A program made the translations under genes and the position numbers. The notes beneath the pieces were generated by a model that searched no databases, was not told the DNA's origin, and worked only from the letters and a program-made list of their open reading frames with translations. Shown piece after piece: positions 47,685-56,866 of a stretch of 64,000 bases of DNA; the first letter of the stretch is position 1; each line of letters begins with the position of its first letter. The DNA comes from a virus (taxonomy: Duplodnaviria > Caudoviricetes): IMG/VR virus record IMGVR_UViG_3300009078_000003, positions 90-64,089 of that record; one strand, written 5' to 3'.

Positions 47685-47930
47685 ATGGCAAGTAAAAGGA
47701 TAAAGATCCAATACGTAACGAAGGAAGTAGCTGTTAATCCAACTGCATTAAGCAATGGTAATTCCACTTTTACTATAGATAATGACGGGAATTATACAAT
47801 GTCGGGGAATATCAATTCACCAGTAAGACCATCTAATTCAGGGAAGAGTCTGCTGGTAGCTACAAAAAATTGCCCGTATGAACATAAGGGAATTGCCTAC
47901 CGAATCAACTGGAATTTCTCTAAAGTATAG
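47685..47930 (+). CDS. Small beta-rich hypothetical protein
   Basis: AGGAG RBS; MASKRIKIQY...RPSNSGKSLLVAT. Confidence 0.65.
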   Translation: MASKRIKIQYVTKEVAVNPTALSNGNSTFTIDNDGNYTMSGNINSPVRPSNSGKSLLVATKNCPYEHKGIAYRINWNFSKV

Positions 47931-48149
47931 CTTTTAACATTGCTAAACGTCTATACAGTAGAGCACATAAACAATTAGTATTCAGTTACTGAATATTATA
48001 CTGCATGTGATATATATCACAATACATAATAGATCAGTTAACATATCAGTAACTGTATACTCATCCACATGCGCAAGATGTGAGTATGGCGTACTATGAG
48101 GGATAAACAATCAGGGCAAGCCCCACTTGCCTAAGACCAGGAGCCCTTA

Positions 48150-48530
48150 TCCATAGAGGACCAGACCCACCTTGTAAGAGTGGACAGGTAGGTAAAGACC
48201 CTAAAGGCCAAAAGGGACAGGTAGGTCAGCGCCCTAAAAGCCAAAAGGGAAAATCAGGCTCGAAAGGAGGTGATCCGAAAGGGCGTAGTAGGCCAAGACC
48301 CGGACAGGCCGAAAGGGCGTAGTAGGACAGGAATCTGAACCGCCCTGATGGACAGGTAGGCTCTGTGGACAGGACTATTGTGGGGATAGATCCGTCCACA
48401 GCGAACCCTGGATTGGAGTATAGACAGGACTTTAGACAGCCCTGATTGGCGCTTAGACAGGCCCTGGGGAAGCCCCGATTGCGGGCTGGGACAGGCCCTG
48501 TGGAGGCCCTGATTGGGACATAGACAGAAA
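48150..48530 (+). repeat. GC-rich array of GACAG(G) motifs with internal duplications
   Basis: ggacaggtagg three times, ccgaaagggcgtagtagg twice, gccctgattgg twice. Confidence 0.8.
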
Positions 48531-48544
48531 CTTAGGAGACAGAG

Positions 48545-48760
48545 ATGATAGAGTTCCCGACAACATGCCAGAATTGTGGAAAGACCTTCCCTGGCAAAGA
48601 AGGGTTCTGCACAAGGGCAGGAAAGTACTTCTGTAGTCAGGAGTGCCTTAAGGCAGGCGATCCTGATGCCCTACAGAAGGAAGAGCATTACAAGTACACA
48701 CAGGTGATGGCTGACAAGATCAGAAAAGCCCGCCGTTACAGGATAGGAGAGACAAGATGA
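48545..48760 (+). CDS. Small zinc-finger protein (TRASH/MYM-like)
   Basis: CQNCGK...YFCSQEC. Confidence 0.6.
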   Translation: MIEFPTTCQNCGKTFPGKEGFCTRAGKYFCSQECLKAGDPDALQKEEHYKYTQVMADKIRKARRYRIGETR

Positions 48761-48969
48761 CAAACAACAGCAACCGAATATTTGCAATCCCCTGTAAGAA
48801 ACATTACAGGGATCTGGGGTTTGGAATTGCCCAGTTGAAGACTCAGCCAGGGCAGATAGCAGAAGTTCACCCGATAGTGAATAATAAGACACAGCTATAC
48901 ACTATCCCAGCCAGGAGAACCTGGGAAGAGGCTGATGACCGAATCCTGTGGGAGCCTATAGGAGAATAA
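48757..48969 (+). CDS. Hypothetical protein
   Basis: AGGAG RBS, ATGA overlap. Confidence 0.55.
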   Translation: MTNNSNRIFAIPCKKHYRDLGFGIAQLKTQPGQIAEVHPIVNNKTQLYTIPARRTWEEADDRILWEPIGE

Positions 48970-48972
48970 TCC

Positions 48973-49152
48973 ATGAAGAGAGTTAAGGACATGAGTTATG
49001 GGGAGCTTCTGGTGGCGATTACAAACGCCAGAAAATCACTCACCACCACGGGGATATATTTAAAAACCCTGGAAGCCAGAAAAGAAAATCTGGCCACCTC
49101 CGTAACTCACCGGAGGAAATCCCCTGGGAAAAAGATAATCCTGGTATACTGA
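48973..49152 (+). CDS. Small basic hypothetical protein (59 aa)
   Basis: AGGAG RBS; MKRVKDMSYGELL... Confidence 0.5.
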   Translation: MKRVKDMSYGELLVAITNARKSLTTTGIYLKTLEARKENLATSVTHRRKSPGKKIILVY

Positions 49153-49543
49153 GAAAATAATCAGGGGTAATTACTTTGAGAAAATAATCCAGAAAATACC
49201 CTAATTCGACTCCCTCGGGAAAAATGTCAGGAAAATCCCCGAAAATATCATTCCCAATAATATCAGGAAATTAAGTGATCCAAAAAGTGGGTCAGACCCC
49301 CACTTATCATAGGAAAATCCATTTTTGGGAAATCATGAATTCCGGCCACATGTAATAATATCAGCATGTTACCAGAAAACATCCTGAGACAGGACCAGAA
49401 ATCTGGAAAATCCAGAAAATCCCTGAAAATATTTTCCTGAATAATATCAGGGGGGTTTACTAGGTCGGAAAGTGGGCTGGACCCTGTAGATCATTGGGGA
49501 AAAATTCATAGAGGAAAAGGAGGAAAATATAAAGACTTTTTGA

Positions 49544-49675
49544 GTGTAGAACGGTATGAATTATTCATACCAATAGCGTGTAGAACGGTATGAATTATTC
49601 ATACCGATAGAGGGAAAATATAGTAAGAATGGGCGTATGCTCAAAAAAAGGGTAGGTATGATGATTTATCATACC
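49544..49675. promoter_or_regulatory. Tandem 33-bp duplication with operator-like palindromes
   Basis: gtgtagaacGGTATGAATtATTCATACCratag at 49544 and 49578; related GGTATGAT-gattt-ATCATACC at 49655. Confidence 0.65.
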
Positions 49676-49893
49676 GGCTGAGTCCCTACTCCCATGCGGG
49701 TTTCAGCCCGTCATTCCCCCCTATGCATAACGATCTAACCCTCAAGGTGGACTCTTACTGCTTCTAATGTTTATCTATCCCACAAAGGGCAGAAAAGCCC
49801 AGAAAAGCCCACAAAGGGCAGAAAAGCCCTACCACAGGGTATTACTCAGGAGGAAAATTATGTTTAAGCAAAGGTTCCTTAAAGGAGGAAATC

Positions 49894-50124
49894 ATGAATA
49901 GTCTACGGGATGTTATGAAGGACAGGCTTATGGAAACGCTTCTTAAAGCGTTTCCTGAACTTGGGGAAGAGGTTATGAACAGGGTTGTTTATGACTTGGC
50001 TGATGTAGCCTTTGATACCCTGGGGGTACCCTCAGAAACACAGGATCTTGTATATGTGGAGGGGTTTAGCAATGGAGTTTGTAGACCCCTGGTATTTGGG
50101 GGGAATTTGGAGGAGGATCTTTAA
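49894..50124 (+). CDS. Hypothetical early protein
   Basis: AGGAGG RBS. Confidence 0.6.
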   Translation: MNSLRDVMKDRLMETLLKAFPELGEEVMNRVVYDLADVAFDTLGVPSETQDLVYVEGFSNGVCRPLVFGGNLEEDL

Positions 50125-50181
50125 CTAGGTCTAGTAGAATTGGAGAATATAGACGAGGATCTTTAACAAGGAGGAAACAAC

Positions 50182-50367
50182 ATGAGGAAAATCAAAGAAG
50201 TAAGTTACTCAAAGAAAATGGCGAAAACAATCACCAGCTTGTGTGTTGACTACACACTTGACCAGATCACTGAAGGTACCTTCATAATAAATCTGGACAC
50301 TATGGTGCGTGCCATGAAGGAGAATCTTATGAACAGCAGGATGCAGAGAAAAAACAGTACATTGTAG
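50182..50367 (+). CDS. Hypothetical early protein
   Basis: AGGAGG RBS. Confidence 0.55.
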   Translation: MRKIKEVSYSKKMAKTITSLCVDYTLDQITEGTFIINLDTMVRAMKENLMNSRMQRKNSTL

Positions 50368-50388
50368 GAAAAAACAGGAGGAAATACC

Positions 50389-50562
50389 ATGAAAAGAGAA
50401 TTTGAGATTTACTATCGGGATTTGAATGTAACGGCCAAAGAACGACTTCTTCAGGAGTTTGAGACTTCCGAAGAGGAAGAAAATTGGGAAGTTATGCCTC
50501 TCGCTGTTATTGAGCGGGAGATGATTGATGGTGAATACGTAGAAGTTTCCGGTACAGAATGA
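50389..50562 (+). CDS. Small acidic hypothetical protein (57 aa)
   Basis: AGGAGG RBS; MKREFEIYYRDLN...EEEENWEVMPLA. Confidence 0.6.
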   Translation: MKREFEIYYRDLNVTAKERLLQEFETSEEEENWEVMPLAVIEREMIDGEYVEVSGTE

Positions 50563-50579
50563 GTTTAAGGAGAAAAACT

Positions 50580-50834
50580 ATGCTGGAAAAAAGGGATTAT
50601 GCAAATGCGGTAATGGTACAGAACGCCTGCAATTTATCCGGGGTTGTCCGGGAGTTTGCTATTGTTTGTAAGAAAATCTGGGACGAAGCCTGGGAAAAGG
50701 GGCATGGAACTACATGGGTGAATACTCACCCAATCTGCCGGATGTATGCCGAACAGATTAACTTTCTGGCCTCTGGAAGAGATTATATGGAGGCTTATGA
50801 GGAATGTGAGAAAAAAGGAGGATTAAAACCATGA
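50580..50834 (+). CDS. Hypothetical early protein
   Basis: VQNACNLSGVV...WVNTHPI; RBS. Confidence 0.6.
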   Translation: MLEKRDYANAVMVQNACNLSGVVREFAIVCKKIWDEAWEKGHGTTWVNTHPICRMYAEQINFLASGRDYMEAYEECEKKGGLKP

Positions 50835-51202
50835 AAAGAGAAGAAGTATTAGATCGTTTCTGTTACCTCAAGATAAAGAAAGAAGAGATTGAGGAGGAGC
50901 TGGCGAAGCTCCAGGGAACTATGCTGGGGTGGAAAAACAGGGTTGAGAAGGAAAAAGTCCCCCCTTATGGAACCCTTACCCTGATCAAGAGAAGTAATTG
51001 GAAGATTTTAGATATCCCTGGAGTGTTTAAGAAGTTGGGGAGGGAGACATTCCTGGGAATTTGCAGCGTTCCGGCAGGGAAACTCCAAAAGGTTGTTGGG
51101 GATATCGGGTTTGACAAACTTCAGGAATTGGGAATTGTCAAACAGGATGAGGATACGGAGTACTATACCCTGAAGAAGAATGGGGTGTTCAAGAACAAAT
51201 AA
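50831..51202 (+). CDS. Hypothetical protein
   Basis: AGGAGG RBS, 123 aa. Confidence 0.6.
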   Translation: MKREEVLDRFCYLKIKKEEIEEELAKLQGTMLGWKNRVEKEKVPPYGTLTLIKRSNWKILDIPGVFKKLGRETFLGICSVPAGKLQKVVGDIGFDKLQELGIVKQDEDTEYYTLKKNGVFKNK

Positions 51203-51254
51203 CAGGAAGCAATGGAAATTCCTTGCTTCAAACAATGTAGTAAGGAGGAAGAAT

Positions 51255-51536
51255 ATGACACCTGAAGAGAAAAGAGAAATCAAGGAGCTGGCAAACAAGC
51301 TGTCAAGGTTTGTCAATGGTTGTACTCAGGATGGAGTAGTGGCTTTGGCCGATGAGATCCTTCGTGAGCACAGGACGCTACAACAGCAGACCTTCGGGCT
51401 CTTCCTGACATGTATCAGGAAGTGGGCTGCTCTGGGAGAGGGCTGGTACGACCTGAGAAATGAATGGACGGTGCAGACCTGCAAGAAAATCGTGGAAAAG
51501 GTGGAGGATGTTCAGTACTCCCCACCATTTGTATAG
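51255..51536 (+). CDS. Hypothetical protein
   Basis: AGGAGG RBS before MTPEEK; EHRTLQQ...YDLRNE. Confidence 0.6.
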   Translation: MTPEEKREIKELANKLSRFVNGCTQDGVVALADEILREHRTLQQQTFGLFLTCIRKWAALGEGWYDLRNEWTVQTCKKIVEKVEDVQYSPPFV

Positions 51537-51552
51537 AGGGAGGGAATAAGAG

Positions 51553-52020
51553 ATGAAGAGAGAACCAGGGATTTTAGTAAGCAGGGAACATGGAGTGAAC
51601 CCCTCAATGGGAGTTTGCGTTAATTGTGGAGAGTCTACAGGAGAAATTATCCTGGTGGGGAAGTGCAACAAGCACATTTGCAGAAATTGCAAACTGGAAA
51701 TCTACCAGAACGGAACACCTCAGAAGTGTCCCCGTTGCGGATCAGGGGATACTTTCCTGAAGGAGGTAGACGTTGCTGCTCCCAGGGAAATGCCTCATGG
51801 CCTCTGTGACAAGTGCAAGGCAGACAATGAGAGAATGGGAGCCTTAGTCCGGCAGGGGGGAATCTACTGGAGATGCCCTGCATGTGGGTCTAATGGGGTT
51901 ATCCTACCAGGGAAACCCTTGGCCTTGGCAGTGAGGCACCAGCTACAACTTGCAGCCCCGAAACCCTGTGGGGTTGAGCTAACACCAGAGCAGTGCCCAG
52001 TCTGCTCTAAAAGGAGGTAG
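51553..52020 (+). CDS. Multi-CxxC zinc-ribbon protein
   Basis: HGVNPS..VCVNCG and five further CxxC pairs. Confidence 0.65.
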   Translation: MKREPGILVSREHGVNPSMGVCVNCGESTGEIILVGKCNKHICRNCKLEIYQNGTPQKCPRCGSGDTFLKEVDVAAPREMPHGLCDKCKADNERMGALVRQGGIYWRCPACGSNGVILPGKPLALAVRHQLQLAAPKPCGVELTPEQCPVCSKRR

Positions 52021-52025
52021 AAAAT

Positions 52026-52364
52026 ATGGATAGTGCAGAAATAGGAAAAGATTTACGGATTTTACAGAATCTTGCATGGGCTTTGGATAAGCCCCTGGAA
52101 GAGGCGCTTTCCATAGTCATTCAAAATGCAGTGAGAAAGAGAGACTACCCGAAGATCTGTTTAGCCTGCAAAAGGCCGGACAGTTGCTCAGGGTGTTTCT
52201 TTCAGCCCAAGGATCCCTTGAGTATTGAAGAAATCAGGGATTGGCTGTGGCATCACCCCTGGAGTCACCCCGATTGGTTGTATGCCAAACAGGGGACAGA
52301 TAAATACATAGAGATGAACAGGGAGAGGTTGTCCCAGTTTATCCAAAAGGAGGAAAGATTATGA
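52026..52364 (+). CDS. Hypothetical protein
   Basis: AGGAGG RBS; CxxC...CxxC. Confidence 0.55.
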   Translation: MDSAEIGKDLRILQNLAWALDKPLEEALSIVIQNAVRKRDYPKICLACKRPDSCSGCFFQPKDPLSIEEIRDWLWHHPWSHPDWLYAKQGTDKYIEMNRERLSQFIQKEERL

Positions 52365-53365
52365 AGGCAAGTATGGTAGAAGTTCTCCTGGAGAAGGCTA
52401 TTCGGGGTTTCCGGCCAGTCCTTCTTGTAGGAGCGCCTGGTGTAGGGAAAACAAGCCTGACAGATCAGGTGAGAGATCGCCTGAAATGTGACATGCTGGT
52501 TTCCCACCCGGTTGTAAATGATCCAACAGATGCAAAAGGAATGCCTGCCATAGTGAAGGGCAAGGCTCTATTCCTTCCCTTTGGAGATCTGGAGTATGTC
52601 ATATCCTACAAGGGAGAACTGTTGATCTGGTTGTTAGATGATATTGGACAGGCCCCTCCAGCAGTTCAGGCCAGCTATATGCAGCTGCTCTTGGCCAGGA
52701 GAATCAACGGCCACAAACTCCCCAATTCAGTGGTGTTTGTTGCAGCCACAAACAGGAGGGGAGATCGAGCTGGAGTCTCGGGGGTTCTGGAGCCAGTAAA
52801 AAGCAGGTTCCACATGATTATTGAGTTGGAGGCAGACGCTGAAGACTTGATAAAGTGGGGGATGAAAACAGGGAAGCTCAGAAAAGAAGTCTGTGCTCTT
52901 CTCAGGCTATTCCCGGAGTTGCTGATAGAGCCCCCGGCCAAGGACATAAAGCCAAGTGTGTGCCCAAGGGTATGGGAATTCTGCTCACAAACTCTGGATG
53001 ACTTTGACAACACAGAACATCTGTTTAGTGCTCTGTGTTCCACAATAGGGGATGGGCCGGCTGCTCAGTTATATGGACTGATGACAGTATTCAGGGATCT
53101 TCCCACTGTGGCCTCTATAAAGAAATCCCCAGAGGGAGCCAAGTTACCGGAGAAGCCTTCAGGGTTTCACGCAATGAGCACTGTACTCAGCAAGCACTTG
53201 GGGAAACACCCAGAAGATGTCTCCCCAATATTCTCCTATGTAGAGAGAATGCCTGGAGACTTTGCGGTGTGCACTATCAGAGATACCCTGACAATAAGGC
53301 CAGAACTGGCTGATACTGAGGCGTTTCAGAAGTGGAACGCAAAGAATGTCGGCTTGTTCATATAA
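52361..53365 (+). CDS. MoxR-like AAA+ ATPase
   Basis: GAPGVGKT, LLDDI, AATNR..DR, SRF, PR.WE. Confidence 0.88.
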   Translation: MKASMVEVLLEKAIRGFRPVLLVGAPGVGKTSLTDQVRDRLKCDMLVSHPVVNDPTDAKGMPAIVKGKALFLPFGDLEYVISYKGELLIWLLDDIGQAPPAVQASYMQLLLARRINGHKLPNSVVFVAATNRRGDRAGVSGVLEPVKSRFHMIIELEADAEDLIKWGMKTGKLRKEVCALLRLFPELLIEPPAKDIKPSVCPRVWEFCSQTLDDFDNTEHLFSALCSTIGDGPAAQLYGLMTVFRDLPTVASIKKSPEGAKLPEKPSGFHAMSTVLSKHLGKHPEDVSPIFSYVERMPGDFAVCTIRDTLTIRPELADTEAFQKWNAKNVGLFI

Positions 53366-53386
53366 CAAATAATAGGAGGCAGTATT

Positions 53387-53692
53387 ATGTATGAAATTCA
53401 CATTACAGAGACAGCAAGAAACTCTCTCAAAGAAGAAGCTCACAGTTTCAATAGTTTCCGGCGGGAGCTCCCTGATATTGATTCAGTCAAGGGTGCTCTG
53501 ATTGATATGTATGGAAAACTCCCAAAGGGAAGGCAAAAGGTGTACATAGACACACTTTCCGGCGAAACACAGGAAGTTGGCTTCCTACACTCTTTCTGGA
53601 ACAGAGACGTTTCTCACAACTCAAAATCCTGGTACCAAACCGACTGGATTTCTATATACGAGGTAACAAGAAAGCCAGTCAAAATTATCTAA
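53387..53692 (+). CDS. Hypothetical protein
   Basis: AGGAGG RBS, 101 aa. Confidence 0.6.
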   Translation: MYEIHITETARNSLKEEAHSFNSFRRELPDIDSVKGALIDMYGKLPKGRQKVYIDTLSGETQEVGFLHSFWNRDVSHNSKSWYQTDWISIYEVTRKPVKII

Positions 53693-53723
53693 CCCTAACA
53701 GGCAGCATAATCAGGAGGTTATT

Positions 53724-54629
53724 ATGCCAAACATCTCAGAAAAAGCGGTTCTTGTCAGGTTGAGTCTGTCCCAGTGGACAGCAAGGAAATACGACAAACG
53801 TGTTTCCTTGGAGATTGCCGGACAGCATGGAATCGATGCGGATCTCGGGAGATATAACAAGGTGCTGGTGGACAGCAATGAGATCAAGAAGATTTCCAAG
53901 GTGGCCAATGCCACCAGAACTTTCTTCTATACAAACACCCTCCCCTGGTCAGCTGAGTACTGGATACGTCCTACTCAGGGGTACATGCAGTTTATGACAT
54001 ACCTGGGGGAATATAGGGCAGAGTTTGATTCCAAAGTCCGGGACTTCTGTGGACTGTATGAACAACTGAGGGAAGATGCCCGAAGGAACCTGAAGGGGAT
54101 ATTTAATCCCAGTGACTATCCCCCTGTAGGAGCTATTAGCAATAAGTTCGGGTTCAGCGTAAATGTAATGCCCTTGGCAGGGGCGAAGGACTTCAGGATT
54201 GACCTATCCCAGGAAGAGGTTGATCAGATGGGCAGGGCTCTGGAAGCTCAGAATAAACGGGCTGTCCAACAGGCCATGAAAACAGCCTGGTACAGACTAT
54301 ATGAGGCTGTGGCCCACATGTCAACCAAGCTGAATGACACAGGGAGCAAGCAGATATTCCGGGATTCCCTGGTAGGAAACCTTGAGGAACTGACAAAGAT
54401 TCTACCTGTGCTCAACGTAGCCAATGACCCAGAGCTTACAAGGATGTGTGATGAGGTAGAGCACCAGCTCTGTAGCTTTGATCCTGAAAATCTGAGGGCA
54501 GATGACAAAGCAAGGCAGACCACCGGAAGGGCAGCTATGTCTCTGGCAAAGGAACTGGAAGAGATAATAGACAAGCAGGTGGTAACTGAGGAGGCAGACC
54601 TGCTTGACAGTATTATAAATGGCCTGTAA
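53724..54629 (+). CDS. DUF3150-like protein
   Basis: LV.LS.S.WTARK.D, NTLPW, F...DYP, FRDSLV.NL, LN..NDP.L. Confidence 0.7.
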   Translation: MPNISEKAVLVRLSLSQWTARKYDKRVSLEIAGQHGIDADLGRYNKVLVDSNEIKKISKVANATRTFFYTNTLPWSAEYWIRPTQGYMQFMTYLGEYRAEFDSKVRDFCGLYEQLREDARRNLKGIFNPSDYPPVGAISNKFGFSVNVMPLAGAKDFRIDLSQEEVDQMGRALEAQNKRAVQQAMKTAWYRLYEAVAHMSTKLNDTGSKQIFRDSLVGNLEELTKILPVLNVANDPELTRMCDEVEHQLCSFDPENLRADDKARQTTGRAAMSLAKELEEIIDKQVVTEEADLLDSIINGL

Positions 54630-54693
54630 TTTAACAGATCACTTGAAGCAATGAAAATACACTGCTTCAAGTGATTAAGTGAGGAGAACAAAT

Positions 54694-55812
54694 ATGACAA
54701 TAGAACAAGAAGTAATGAAGGCAAAGATTGCCTTGCTACTCAAGGAGAGATTGTTCGGGGGTTTAGTTACATTCCTGGATATCTATTCTACAAAGGACAG
54801 TGAGGTTATCACTGCTTGTACTGATGGGGAGGTGATAGAGTACTCCCCCAAATTTTTCAAGCAATGCACCAGGTCACAAATAGTTGCTGTCCTGGCCCAT
54901 GAGGTCCTGCACTGCGTTTTCGGGCACCATATATACAGGGACAACAGAGACCTTAAACTTTGGAATCAGGCTGGAGACTATGTAATCAATCCCATTCTGG
55001 TAGATAGCTATTTTGAACTACCAGGGGAGCCTTTACTGGATAATCGGTTCCGGGGAATGAATACAGTTCAGGTGTATAATATCTTGGCAAAAGAGCAGGG
55101 TTTACCCAAAGATGGTGGGACAGGAGGATCTCCCTCCCCAGGGGAAGTTACAGACTCCCCGTCCAAGAGCAACCATGAAAAACTGAATCAGGAAGAGCAG
55201 GTCTGGAAACAGAGAGTTGCTCAAGCTCTGACAAACGCAAAACTGGCAGGAGCTATCCCCTCCGGACTGGAAAGGGCGCTCTCTACTCTACTTATCCCAA
55301 AGGTATCCTGGAGAGAGGCTCTTTGGGAGGTGGTACAAGAGAAAGCCCAGGATGACTACAGTTTCCTCAAACCGAACAGGAAGTATACTGCCGGCTCTAT
55401 AATCCTGCCCAGTCTATTCAGTGAAAGGATTAAGGCCATCGTGGTAGCAGTTGATACTTCCGGCTCTGTCTCTACAGAAGAGCTTACCCAGTTTGCCTCA
55501 GAAATTGAGGAAATACAGGCAGTAATGGGCACAGATATAGCTGTGGTTTACTGTGATACCAAAGTTCAAAACTTCCAGAAGTTTGAACCTGGAGACCCAA
55601 TAAAACTGGAGCCCAAAGGTGGAGGTGGTACAAGATACTCCCCAGTATTCTCCTGGGTAGAGAAGGAAGAGATTAACCCCTCCTGCCTAATCTATCTTAC
55701 AGACGGCCAGTGTTCAGACTTTCCCAAGGAGGCTCCCTATGATTTCCCAACCCTTTGGGTTACTAACCGGAGTGGGTGGAAACCCCCATTTGGGACTGTA
55801 GTTGAGTTTTAA
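54694..55812 (+). CDS. HExxH metallopeptidase plus VWA-like domain protein (DUF2201-like)
   Basis: TACTDG, LAHEVLH..GH, WN.AGD..IN; VAVDTSGS, GGGGT, YLTDG. Confidence 0.88.
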   Translation: MTIEQEVMKAKIALLLKERLFGGLVTFLDIYSTKDSEVITACTDGEVIEYSPKFFKQCTRSQIVAVLAHEVLHCVFGHHIYRDNRDLKLWNQAGDYVINPILVDSYFELPGEPLLDNRFRGMNTVQVYNILAKEQGLPKDGGTGGSPSPGEVTDSPSKSNHEKLNQEEQVWKQRVAQALTNAKLAGAIPSGLERALSTLLIPKVSWREALWEVVQEKAQDDYSFLKPNRKYTAGSIILPSLFSERIKAIVVAVDTSGSVSTEELTQFASEIEEIQAVMGTDIAVVYCDTKVQNFQKFEPGDPIKLEPKGGGGTRYSPVFSWVEKEEINPSCLIYLTDGQCSDFPKEAPYDFPTLWVTNRSGWKPPFGTVVEF

Positions 55813-55915
55813 ACTGGGTAGCTCGTTATGCATAGTTGGGAATAACGGTCTGAAACCCACAAGGAGAAAAGCAAGTCAGGATTAAACAAATAATAACACA
55901 CCAGGAGGAAAAGAC

Positions 55916-56197
55916 ATGAAGCGAGTTATCAACAAAAAACTGTATGACACAAGCACAGCGGAACTTATAGCAAACAATGAGTTCCAGGATGGGGCAAACA
56001 AATTTAATCAGGGCAGAGCAGTCTACCTCTACCGTACCAGGAAAGGGCAGTTCTTTGCTCACTATGTCACTTGCTGGCAGGGAGAACAGGACTCAATAGA
56101 ATCCCTAACTATTCCAGAGGCTATAGAACTCTTTGAGTTTATACCCGGAAACCCGGATGTCTGGCCGGAGGAGTTCGGACCGCTCGAAGATGCATAA
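55916..56197 (+). CDS. Hypothetical protein
   Basis: IN.K.YDT.TA...LYRTRKG.FF motif. Confidence 0.65.
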   Translation: MKRVINKKLYDTSTAELIANNEFQDGANKFNQGRAVYLYRTRKGQFFAHYVTCWQGEQDSIESLTIPEAIELFEFIPGNPDVWPEEFGPLEDA

Positions 56198-56227
56198 ATA
56201 AGATAATACATCAGGAGGAAAAAGACC

Positions 56228-56779
56228 ATGACTATGTCACACCAACAGGTAGCAGAAGAATTTGCCCACGGAGCCACGAAGGGGCAGGGCTCCAGGATGT
56301 TCATAGAGGGGGACACCATTTACAGCTATGGACATCACTTCCCAATCGCAAAAAGATACAAAGGTGGGTACGTTTTTACAGAGGACGGATACTCATCCTC
56401 AACAAACCACCACAAATCTATAGTTCAACAAGCCATTCACTATGGAATCCTCTGGTACGCACCAGGCTGTAACGAATTACGGATCGTAGAGGGGGCTGCT
56501 GCTACCCTAGAGCATAATCTGAATAGGATACCCCAAAGCAGGTCACTGTTCTCTCACTATGTTCAGGGAGCTAGGCAGGCTGTCAGTGTAGCCCAAATAG
56601 CATCAGAAAGTCTAGGGTTAAGCATGGCCCCCATGTACAAGGTAATGGCTACGGAGAAAGCAACTCAGGCCATAAAAAAGATAAGCAGGAAGGCCCCGGA
56701 GGAGCTGGAACTTATCTACCTTTACGGTAAGGCTCAGTTCTTAGCCAACCGAAAAGGCACAGTTTTAGCTGACCTGTAA
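56228..56779 (+). CDS. Hypothetical early protein, paralog A
   Basis: IYSYGHHFPIA...YSSST..H. Confidence 0.65.
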   Translation: MTMSHQQVAEEFAHGATKGQGSRMFIEGDTIYSYGHHFPIAKRYKGGYVFTEDGYSSSTNHHKSIVQQAIHYGILWYAPGCNELRIVEGAAATLEHNLNRIPQSRSLFSHYVQGARQAVSVAQIASESLGLSMAPMYKVMATEKATQAIKKISRKAPEELELIYLYGKAQFLANRKGTVLADL

Positions 56780-56866
56780 AGAAAGAGTAAGTATTAGCCG
56801 GCAGTACCGCATTCTACCACGGGTATATATACCTGTGGTAGAAAATACATAAACAAGGAGCAGACC

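Larger units (their letters stand above)
47505..47975. repeat. 34-bp inverted repeat pair (1 mismatch) enclosing a tandem repeat and a small gene
   Basis: attgtttatgtgctctattgtatagacgtttagc at 47505-47538; reverse complement at 47942-47975. Confidence 0.9.

Noticed and set aside
47534-47767. Repeat-encoded ORFs (PSQGQAIR / LWLGLMAWPW)
   Set aside because: Artefacts of the tandem repeat; the real gene starts at 47685 after an RBS
48150-48530. CRISPR array
   Set aside because: Repeats are short, degenerate and irregularly spaced
49544-49610. Mini CRISPR array
   Set aside because: The two 33-bp copies are separated by 1 bp; no spacer
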